Source of the DNA: Clostridia bacterium | Lineage (GTDB): Bacteria; Bacillota; Clostridia; Oscillospirales; CAG-272 | DNA length: 64,000 nucleotides | Assembly (NCBI GenBank): GCA_017398585.1 | Contig: JAFQFS010000156.1 | Coordinates: 33,259 to 97,258, forward strand | Direction: 5' to 3' | In this document: positions 35,050-42,620 of the stretch, piece after piece | Numbering within the stretch: the first letter of the stretch is position 1 | Layout: every line of letters starts with the position of its first letter | Made by a program: the position numbers and the translations under genes | The notes under the pieces: generated by a model | Seen by the model: the letters and a program-made list of their open reading frames with translations, nothing else | Told to the model about the DNA's origin: nothing | Database searches by the model: none

Positions 35050-37767
35050 TCAGAAAATTATTTTTTCTTTTTGGGTATTACCGAGCAGACCGGCAATTTT
35101 TTTATTGCCTTCCTTTCCCGAATCGAAGAATATACGTACACCGGCTTGCTTGACACAGGTGTTGAACAAAGCACCGTTTTCGCTGCTGACCGTTTGAGAC
35201 GCAAGCCAGAAAGAAACTCCGTATTTTCGTTCTTCACGTAAAATTTCATTGATGATGGAGTTTTTACTGGTGTCAAGATGCTGGAATTCATCAATAACCA
35301 GTATGAGCGGATTTTTATTGGCGGCGTCAGAGGAGGTTTGTGTTTCATTCTTTTTTTGCCAGCGATACAAATCTGTCATGAAAGCTGCAGCCAGTTTCGA
35401 TCGCAGACTGTCGGACTCTGCACAGTTTCTGAAATCGAGTATTACTGTTTTGCCGCGATAATCATTCCAGCGAAGCGGTTTCCCGGAGAAAAAGTGGTTT
35501 TCAATAATGTCGTTCCACATTCTTTGTACAGGAACGGGAGTCTTTATGGATGGCGGGGTATCCGTGGTATCATAGCCGGACAGAGTCTTCTCGTATTTTT
35601 CTTTGTATTGATTGAAGTTTTTTGCAAAGGTGTGGAGAGTGTATACATCGCTGTGGTTCTGGGCGTACGCCTTATAGCTTCCCTGAATGATTGATTGGTA
35701 GATATCTCTGATGCCATACATTTTTTGGAGCAGATAAAAAACAGTTTCTCCATTATACAATTCATGGTTCTCCAGATCTATGCCCGGGTTATCCCCTGCG
35801 ATATCTATGATGACAGAATTGTCAGCGGAGGGCAAATCCCCCTGAAGGTGAATGACTACGGTGGTTAACTTTTGTTCGCCTGCTTGTTTTATTAATTTGG
35901 AAAGGAAGACGCTTTTACCGCAGCCGCTTTGTCCGGTGATCAGCAGATGTTTGTTCGGGACTCTTTCGTCCTCAAAATCCCAATAGACATTCGAGGAACA
36001 GTTCATATCCAGTCCTAATTTGAAATGGGACGTTTGAGGCTTTATATACGGAGGAGCTTGTGTGGGATCTTGCTTTTTTTCTTCGGCGGGGAAACGGATA
36101 CCGTATAATGCAATATCATGGTGACAGGAAATTGTATCCTCGTTGTTGATGTGTACAGTATATCTTTTTTGGTACGAGGCAGGATTGATATTGCTGGATT
36201 CCAGAATCCCTTTTTCGGAAAGCAGCTGTAATACCTCTTTTATGTGGTTCTGACCGGGAATATTCTGAAGTACACTTCGGAGAGCGGGCAGGTTGATACT
36301 CCAGACCGTATTATTTTCAGAGTCAGTACTTTCTAAAATATACGGCAGCATTTTATCCAAATAAGTGATGTACGGAAGACACTCGTTGACCGGGGCATTC
36401 AGCCGTTTGTATACGGGGATGGTATGATTATCCGCCAGTGTTTTCAGTGTATCAAGGAACAGCTGTGGAGTAACCGTTCTGACTTTGCTGATTTTGGGCA
36501 GATAGGCATCCAGCAGAATTGCTGTATTGCAGGAGTCGATGCAATTCGGGTCATCGTGAACATTTAACGGGTTCGTAATCTTTAATGAGTAACACATATC
36601 TTCCCAGGCAGTGTACAGTGTAAAAAAAATGATTTTGATAGGGGATCGGGAAAACGCATCATGCTGCAGGGCATGTTGGAATGCTGTTGGAAAGTATCTG
36701 TAAAAGTGATTGAAGTATTCCTGAAGTTCGGCAGAAGATGTCGGTGTAGAGAAACTGAGGTGAGAGGCAGAGTAACTGAAGGGAGAGAAGGATTCGGGAT
36801 CAAGAAAAATATGATAGAAGGATTTTTCCGGATGGGATTGTTCAGTGAAAAGGATTGGAACAGCAAAGTTTTCCTCAATAATTGGAAAGGAATTTGGGAT
36901 TGTTGGGAAGAGAGGAGTGCGCTGAATGGTAACAATCTTATTTACAATGGATTCAAGTTTTCCGATTGTTGAATTCCGGATACTTGGAACCTCTTCAACG
37001 ATAAAGGGAATATCATTGGTATTATTATATACTTCACAAAACTCTTTCTTGGTGGAACTGGTCAAAACACTTTCACAGACAGTTGCAGGGAAAAAGCGTG
37101 CTATGATATCAGCGCGTAAATTTGGATCTGGGATATCAAGGCACAGGATTTTGTCAGACTGCAGCTGACCGAAAAGGGAGGCAGTGAAACAGTAATGATA
37201 GTAGAGGAACAGGAAAATACGGGTATCGCGATCCAGAATCTGATTGAACGCATAGGCAATTTTCTGGCAGGTGTCAACCAAAGAGTTGTTCATGGGTACG
37301 AGATTTGCAGGTTGAATGTGCTTTGAAAATTCAGCAGGATCCTTTTCTGCGAAAGTTCTCATGAAGCGATTAATAGTACCGATGTAGTTACAGGAATTGA
37401 TCTTGTCTATCCTTTGCCATCCACCCTGATAGGGGCAGACATATTGTTTCTGTTGAAGGTTGGAGAGCGCGTTGCGAAGCTGTTCACTTGACTGTGCCGG
37501 AGAATTTATGGGGAAAACCAGGGCGTCTGGGTTTCCGATTCGAAGTTTGTATTGGTCAACAAGAAGGGAGAAAAAGGAATCGGATAGATATTCTTCCTGA
37601 GAGATTTTAATGATATGGCAGGGGTAGGCGAGTTTTTCTTCTTGGGAAGAGGTGTAAGTTTTTCCTGAAACGGATAAAAGATAAACAGGGGGGTGATGGT
37701 ATAATTTATCATAAGTTGTATAAACGACGTTTGATATAAACAGAACATCCTGCTCCTTGTTATCCAA
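35050..37767 (-). CDS. 905-aa protein: uncharacterised ~600-aa N-terminal region fused to HerA/FtsK-type P-loop ATPase
   Basis: Walker A GQSGCGKS is encoded at 35911-35934. Walker B PLILVIDEFQ is at 35281-35310. EERKYGVSFWLASQTVSS follows, as in the HerA/DUF87 (R/K)KxG...SQ block. The gene is strongly AT-rich compared with the flanking chromosome. Confidence 0.7.
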   Translation of the reverse strand: MDNKEQDVLFISNVVYTTYDKLYHHPPVYLLSVSGKTYTSSQEEKLAYPCHIIKISQEEYLSDSFFSLLVDQYKLRIGNPDALVFPINSPAQSSEQLRNALSNLQQKQYVCPYQGGWQRIDKINSCNYIGTINRFMRTFAEKDPAEFSKHIQPANLVPMNNSLVDTCQKIAYAFNQILDRDTRIFLFLYYHYCFTASLFGQLQSDKILCLDIPDPNLRADIIARFFPATVCESVLTSSTKKEFCEVYNNTNDIPFIVEEVPSIRNSTIGKLESIVNKIVTIQRTPLFPTIPNSFPIIEENFAVPILFTEQSHPEKSFYHIFLDPESFSPFSYSASHLSFSTPTSSAELQEYFNHFYRYFPTAFQHALQHDAFSRSPIKIIFFTLYTAWEDMCYSLKITNPLNVHDDPNCIDSCNTAILLDAYLPKISKVRTVTPQLFLDTLKTLADNHTIPVYKRLNAPVNECLPYITYLDKMLPYILESTDSENNTVWSINLPALRSVLQNIPGQNHIKEVLQLLSEKGILESSNINPASYQKRYTVHINNEDTISCHHDIALYGIRFPAEEKKQDPTQAPPYIKPQTSHFKLGLDMNCSSNVYWDFEDERVPNKHLLITGQSGCGKSVFLSKLIKQAGEQKLTTVVIHLQGDLPSADNSVIIDIAGDNPGIDLENHELYNGETVFYLLQKMYGIRDIYQSIIQGSYKAYAQNHSDVYTLHTFAKNFNQYKEKYEKTLSGYDTTDTPPSIKTPVPVQRMWNDIIENHFFSGKPLRWNDYRGKTVILDFRNCAESDSLRSKLAAAFMTDLYRWQKKNETQTSSDAANKNPLILVIDEFQHLDTSKNSIINEILREERKYGVSFWLASQTVSSENGALFNTCVKQAGVRIFFDSGKEGNKKIAGLLGNTQKEKIIF

Positions 37768-38131
37768 TTTATGGTTTACCTGGACGTATCCGTTTAAAAA
37801 GTAATATACATAATATCAATATAACACCTAAATTATAAAATTTAATTTAAATAAATTATAGCATAAAAAAATGGTTTTAATCAATATTTAAAAGTTTAAA
37901 TTAGGTAATTGAATTTTAATTTATAAAAGTTAAAAACAGTTTACTTGTGTAAAAACATGTAAAATTACATGTGTAGTCTGATGCGCGATTCTGTGTATGG
38001 AGTATTTGTTTTGAAGGTTATTTATACAGAACAGCCGAATCCATGGCATCCTCATTTGCCCCCATGTTACTTTTTACGCAAAAAAAGAACCTTTTCAAGC
38101 GAATCTCACTTAAAAAGGTTACTTTTTCGAT

Positions 38132-38205
<74 letters not shown>

Positions 38206-38228
38206 ATATTCAGTTTATCAACAGAAGA

Positions 38229-38314
38229 TGCCGGACACCGGGTTCGAACCGGTACGATACTTACGTATCACGGGATTTTAAGTCCCGGGCGTCTGCCAAT
38301 TCCGCCACTCCGGC
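38229..38314 (-). tRNA. tRNA-Leu (UAA), class II
   Basis: GCCGGAGTGGCGGAATTGGCAGACGCCCGGGACTTAAAATCCCGTGATACGTAAGTATCGTACCGGTTCGAACCCGGTGTCCGGCA. It has a long variable arm (GATAC/GTATC) and a perfect T-arm. Position 7:66 is G-G. Confidence 0.85.
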
Positions 38315-38353
38315 ACATTCTCCCGCATAGGGGCTTCCCTCTGTTGCTCCATC

Positions 38354-38382
38354 ATTATATCACATTGTTTCGGCTTTGTCAA
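38354..38382 (-). promoter_or_regulatory. consensus sigma-A promoter driving the tRNA-Leu/tRNA-fMet pair
   Basis: The minus strand reads TTGACA (38377-38382), a 17-nt spacer, then TGaTATAAT with TATAAT at 38354-38359. The tRNA-Leu 5' end is about 40 nt downstream. Confidence 0.7.
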
Positions 38383-38463
38383 TACCTTTTTTGAAAAAGA
38401 TTCAGGATTTTTCTGAAGATTTTATCGAATTGCGATCTCTGTGAAAAAATCCGAAAAACCCCC

Positions 38464-38492
38464 TTGCGAATTTCCTTCATTTCCATTATACT
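38464..38492 (+). promoter_or_regulatory. candidate promoter for the URO-D-like gene
   Basis: TTGCGA (38464-38469), 17-nt spacer, TATACT (38487-38492). Confidence 0.4.
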
Positions 38493-38539
38493 AAGAACAG
38501 AAAGATAAACGTTATCCAAGAACGAAAGGATGAAAAACT

Positions 38540-39607
38540 ATGGCAGAAATGACAGTAAAGGAACGCTTTGCGCGGATGTACGCACACAAGGAAGCGGACC
38601 GGGTACCGATTATCGACAGTCCGTGGGCGGGGACGATCCGCCGCTGGCAGAACGAAGGAATGCCGGAAGGAATGGACTGGAGAGAATTTTTCGGGACCGA
38701 TAAGACGGCAGGGATCGGTGTGGATATTACGCCGCGCTATCCCTACGAAGTGCTTGAAGAAGACGAAACGTCGATCACGTACAAGACGAACTGGGGTGTG
38801 ACGATGCGTCACAACAAGGGTCTGGACTCGACGCCGGAATTCCTCGACTACACGGTAACCGATCCGGCGGCATGGGAAGACTGCAAGCGCCGGATGTACG
38901 AAGGGGAAGGACGTATCGACTGGAATTACCTGAAGAAAGCGTATCCGAAGTGGCAGGCGGAGGGGCAGTGGATCACAGCGAACTTCTGGTTCGGCTTTGA
39001 CGTGACGCACTCCTGGATGATGGGCACGGAAAACCTGCTGATCGCGATGTACGAAGAGCCGGAGATGGTACAGGATATGTTCAACACGTACCTCGACCGC
39101 TGCATCGACCTGTTCGGGCAGATCTGGGACGCGGGCTACCACTTCGACTGCATCAGCTGGCCGGACGACATGGGCTACAAGGGCACGACGTTCTTCTCGA
39201 ACGAAATGTACCGCGAAATGCTGAAGCCCGTTCACAAGCGCGCGGTTGACTGGGCGCACAATCACGGCATCTACGCGCATCTCCACTCCTGCGGCAACAT
39301 CATGAGCCGCATGGACGACCTGATGGACATCGGTCTCGACGCTTTGAACCCGCTCGAAGTCAAAGCGGGCATGGAACCCCTGACCCTGAAGGAAAAATAC
39401 GGCGACAAGCTCGTCCTTCACGGCGGCGTCAACGCCGTTCTCTGGGACGACAAGGAAGCCATCATCGAAGAAATTCGCCGTGTCATCCCCGCTCTCAAGG
39501 AAAACGGCGGCTACATCTTCTCCTCCGACCACTCCGTCCCCAATTCCGTAAGTCTTGAGAACTTCCGTGCGATCGTGGAAGAAATCAAGATTGTCGGGAA
39601 GTATTGA
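38540..39607 (+). CDS. uroporphyrinogen decarboxylase (URO-D) family protein, second paralog
   Basis: 355 aa. MAEMTVKERFARMYAHKEADRVPIIDSPW..., HLHSCGN and LNPLEVKAGM blocks are typical of URO-D/MtaA-like TIM barrels. Confidence 0.7.
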   Translation: MAEMTVKERFARMYAHKEADRVPIIDSPWAGTIRRWQNEGMPEGMDWREFFGTDKTAGIGVDITPRYPYEVLEEDETSITYKTNWGVTMRHNKGLDSTPEFLDYTVTDPAAWEDCKRRMYEGEGRIDWNYLKKAYPKWQAEGQWITANFWFGFDVTHSWMMGTENLLIAMYEEPEMVQDMFNTYLDRCIDLFGQIWDAGYHFDCISWPDDMGYKGTTFFSNEMYREMLKPVHKRAVDWAHNHGIYAHLHSCGNIMSRMDDLMDIGLDALNPLEVKAGMEPLTLKEKYGDKLVLHGGVNAVLWDDKEAIIEEIRRVIPALKENGGYIFSSDHSVPNSVSLENFRAIVEEIKIVGKY

Positions 39608-39628
39608 GTTACAAAATAGCGTTTTTTC

Positions 39629-39660
39629 TTGAGGGGAACTTTTGAAAAAGTTCCCCTCAA
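39629..39660. repeat. GGGGAAC-TTTT/AAAA-GTTCCCC palindrome, copy 2
   Basis: TTGAGGGGAACTTTTGAAAAAGTTCCCCTCAA, 22 nt after the URO-D gene stop. Confidence 0.75.
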
Positions 39661-39668
39661 ACTCCCTT

Positions 39669-39691
39669 CAAAACTTTTTAATCTGTTGTAG
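39669..39691 (+). repeat. 22-nt motif copy A (left inverted repeat of the 39.7-40.2 kb element)
   Basis: CAAAACTTTTTAATCTGTTGTAG. The last 12 nt are identical to the reverse complement of 40244-40255. Confidence 0.6.
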
Positions 39692-40243
39692 CCGGTTTGA
39701 TACAGCGGATTTTTTGTTTATTAGGGGATTTTTATTGGGGCTGTGCGTAGCCATTTAGACTATCCCATCCGCGAAAATATAGACATCCAATTTCTGAGGA
39801 AGGGTGGAGACGGAAGTCAGGGGCCACCGAGACCCTGACTTCCCACGCCGTATGGGATAACCTTAATATAGTGCGAAGGAGAGAAATCCTTCTACATTTT
39901 GTCAGTGTCCGCTCGGCTTGGCTGTCGCCGTCCTCGCTTCTGATAGTTCTATCGGCTGACATACAGTTTGCACGAACGCAAAGCACGAACGGCGGCATGC
40001 CAAGACGAGTTGCGGAGCAACTCGAGCGGATGCTGACGCATCCGTAGCTGAATTCTACAAGGGCGTACTAAATTGAGGTTACGGAAGTGTCGAGCGCTGA
40101 ACAAAATGTCATTTTGTGAAGTCGCTCTCCTATTCCCCATGATTTTTATGACTCCACGGCTATCGCCCGAACAAATTTCAGCCGTACTCCACCGAAAATT
40201 CCTTCCTTTTCCCCCTCTGTATCATGTCAGCCAAACAATATGG
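39692..40243. other. ORF-poor, hairpin-dense segment; candidate structured ncRNA or non-autonomous mobile element
   Basis: Stems found by eye: TATCCCAT...ATGGGATA enclosing GGAAGTCAGGG/CCCTGACTTCC; GAAGGA/TCCTTC; TTTGC/GCAAA; GAGTTGC/GCAACTC; CGGATGC/GCATCCG. Only short, compositionally odd ORFs are present. Confidence 0.35.
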
Positions 40244-40265
40244 CTACAACAGATTGAAGTTTTTG
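40244..40265 (-). repeat. 22-nt motif copy B (right inverted repeat)
   Basis: The plus strand CTACAACAGATTGAAGTTTTTG is the reverse complement of CAAAAACTTCAATCTGTTGTAG. A degenerate half-palindrome follows: CTTTTTTCAAAAAGCGACCGTTCCCC. Confidence 0.6.
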
Positions 40266-40309
40266 CGGAGCTTTTTTCAAAAAGCGACCGTTCCCCTTTT
40301 CCGAAACCC

Positions 40310-40338
40310 TTGCAATTTCTCCCCCTTTATGGCATAAT
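40310..40338 (+). promoter_or_regulatory. candidate promoter for the GH36 gene
   Basis: TTGCAA (40310-40315), 17-nt spacer, TGgCATAAT with CATAAT at 40333-40338. Confidence 0.45.
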
Positions 40339-40377
40339 AGAACCAACAAAATTCCTGAAAACCAAGGAGAAAACCAT

Positions 40378-42558
40378 ATGGGCATTCGTTTTATCGAAGA
40401 TAAGAATATCTTCAAACTTGATACCGCGACCTCGACGTATGTGATCGAGATTTTCGAACAGGGATACCTTCTCTGTCCGTACTACGGCGCGAAGATTCCG
40501 GACGTGAACTTCAAGGGATATATGTTCCGCGAATATTTTGCATCCTTCTCGCCGAACAACGCTTCCGTGCAGGAGCGTTCCTTCTCTGCGGACGTTTCTC
40601 CGCTGGAATACTCCGGTTTCGGCGTCGGTGATTTCCGCAAGACTGCCGTTGCGATCCGCAATGCCGACGGCAACAACTGCACCGACTTCCGTTATGTCAG
40701 CCATAAGATCTACAAGGGCAAGCCCGCTCTTGCCGGTATGCCCGCAACTTACGCGAACAGCGACGACGAGTGTGAAACTCTCGAAATCTACGTCCGTGAT
40801 AAGGTGACCGACACTGCTGCGGTTCTTATGTACACCGTATTCGAAAATTACGGCGCTATGACCAAGGCCGTCCGCATCATCAACGAATCCGACAAGCCGA
40901 TGGATATCGAAAAGGTCTACAGTGCGAGCGTTTCTCTCAACACGATGGATTTCGATATCGTTCATCTCTATGGCCGCCACAACGCGGAACGCAATATGGC
41001 ACGCTCCCCGCTGGAACACGGCCATACTTCGCTGTCCTCCACCCGCGGTTCGTCTTCGCACTTCCATAATCCCTTTGCGGCTCTTGTCCGTCACGGCGCG
41101 GATGAAAACCAGGGCGAAGTTTACGGCTTCAACCTCGTTTACAGCGGCAACTTCGACATCACCGCCGACGTGGACTACTACGAATGTACCCGCGTGAACA
41201 TCGGTATCAATCCCGACGGATTCAACTGGCACCTCGAAGCGGGCGAAGAATTCCAGACGCCCGAAGCCGTTCTCGTCTTCTCTGCGGAAGGTATCGGCGA
41301 AATGTCCCGTATCTTCCACCGTCTGTACAACAACAACCTCATCCGCGGCAGATGGAAGACCGAAAAGCGCCCGCTCCTCATCAACAGCTGGGAAGCTGCT
41401 TATTTCAGCTTTGACACCGACAAGCTCGTTTCCTTCGCGGAACGTGCAAAGGAAGTCGGCATCGAAATGCTCGTTATGGACGACGGCTGGTTCGGCGTCC
41501 GCAATTCCGACAACTGCTCCCTCGGTGACTGGTACGTCAACGAAGACAAGCTCCCGGGTGGTCTCGGCGTGCTGATCGACCGCGTCAATGCGCTCGGTCT
41601 CAAGTTCGGTATCTGGTACGAACCCGAAATGATCTCTCCCGACTCCGACCTCTACCGTGCGCATCCCGACTGGTGCATTCATGTTCCCGGCCGTGACTGC
41701 TCCATCGCACGTCAGCAGTATGTCATCGACATGTCCCGCGCGGACGTCCGCGAAAACATCTACGGTCAGATGAAGGAAGTTCTCTCCAAATACAAGATCG
41801 ACTATGTCAAGTGGGACTTCAACCGCAACATTTCCGAAGCGGGCAGCGCACTTCTCTCCGTTGAACGCGGAGAAGAAATCTTCCACCGCTTCGTTCTCGG
41901 TACCTATGAAGTCATGGACCGACTGACCCGCGACTTCCCGGATATCCTTCTCGAAAACTGCTCCGGCGGCGGCGGACGCTTCGACCCCGCCATGCTGTAC
42001 TATTCTCCCCAGATCTGGGCGTCCGACAATACCGACGCGATCGAACGAATCGCGATCCAGTTCGGTACCTCCATGTGTTATCCGGCATCCACGATGGGCG
42101 CGCATGTTTCCATGAGCCGCCGTACCGGTTTCGAAACCAAGGGCAACGTGGCAATGTGGGGTACGTTCGGATACGAACTTGACCCGAATCACCTGACCGA
42201 AAAGGACATCGAAATCGTGAAGAAGCAGGTAGCGGACTACCACAAGTATTACGATCTCACCCATAGCGGCGACCTCTACCGCATCGTAAATCCGTGGGAC
42301 AACAGCTACTACGCCGCATGGGAACTCGTATCCCCCGACAAGAGCGAAATGCTGTTTACCCTCGTGAACATGCGCTACTACCACTGCAACAAGCGCATCA
42401 TCCGCTTCCGCGGTCTTGACGCAGACAAGACTTACCGTCTTGAAGAAAATGGCGAACTCTACTCCGGCGCATTCCTCATGAATGCCGGTCTGAACGTCTC
42501 CCGCATGCGCAGCGGCACCGGCGACAGCTTCACCCTGCATTTTGTGGAACAGAAATAA
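40378..42558 (+). CDS. GH36 alpha-galactosidase
   Basis: 726 aa. LLINSWEAAYFSF, EMLVMDDGWFG, IDYVKWDFNRN and LENCSGGGGRFD are the classic melibiase/GH36 blocks. Confidence 0.9.
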   Translation: MGIRFIEDKNIFKLDTATSTYVIEIFEQGYLLCPYYGAKIPDVNFKGYMFREYFASFSPNNASVQERSFSADVSPLEYSGFGVGDFRKTAVAIRNADGNNCTDFRYVSHKIYKGKPALAGMPATYANSDDECETLEIYVRDKVTDTAAVLMYTVFENYGAMTKAVRIINESDKPMDIEKVYSASVSLNTMDFDIVHLYGRHNAERNMARSPLEHGHTSLSSTRGSSSHFHNPFAALVRHGADENQGEVYGFNLVYSGNFDITADVDYYECTRVNIGINPDGFNWHLEAGEEFQTPEAVLVFSAEGIGEMSRIFHRLYNNNLIRGRWKTEKRPLLINSWEAAYFSFDTDKLVSFAERAKEVGIEMLVMDDGWFGVRNSDNCSLGDWYVNEDKLPGGLGVLIDRVNALGLKFGIWYEPEMISPDSDLYRAHPDWCIHVPGRDCSIARQQYVIDMSRADVRENIYGQMKEVLSKYKIDYVKWDFNRNISEAGSALLSVERGEEIFHRFVLGTYEVMDRLTRDFPDILLENCSGGGGRFDPAMLYYSPQIWASDNTDAIERIAIQFGTSMCYPASTMGAHVSMSRRTGFETKGNVAMWGTFGYELDPNHLTEKDIEIVKKQVADYHKYYDLTHSGDLYRIVNPWDNSYYAAWELVSPDKSEMLFTLVNMRYYHCNKRIIRFRGLDADKTYRLEENGELYSGAFLMNAGLNVSRMRSGTGDSFTLHFVEQK

Positions 42559-42580
42559 GGTTTTTCCCCGCACCCCTTTT

Positions 42581-42602
42581 CAAAAACTTTCAATCTGTAT
42601 AG
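42581..42602 (+). repeat. 22-nt motif copy C
   Basis: CAAAAACTTTCAATCTGTATAG lies between the GH36 stop and the RBS of the esterase gene. Confidence 0.55.
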
Positions 42603-42620
42603 ATAAATAGGAGGTTTTCT

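Noticed and set aside
39743-40075. Group II intron (GTGCG at 39743 and an AGC-containing hairpin GAGCGGATGC-TGAC-GCATCCGTAGCT near 40030), or tmRNA, RNase P, SRP or 6S RNA.
   Set aside because: About 330 nt is too short. The hairpin is about 27 nt, not the about 34-nt domain V with a 2-nt bulge and GNRA loop. There is no RT/maturase. None of the conserved boxes are present: GGAAAGTCC for RNase P, GGAAGGAAGCAGC for SRP, or a tRNA-like TTCGA...CCACCA end for tmRNA.
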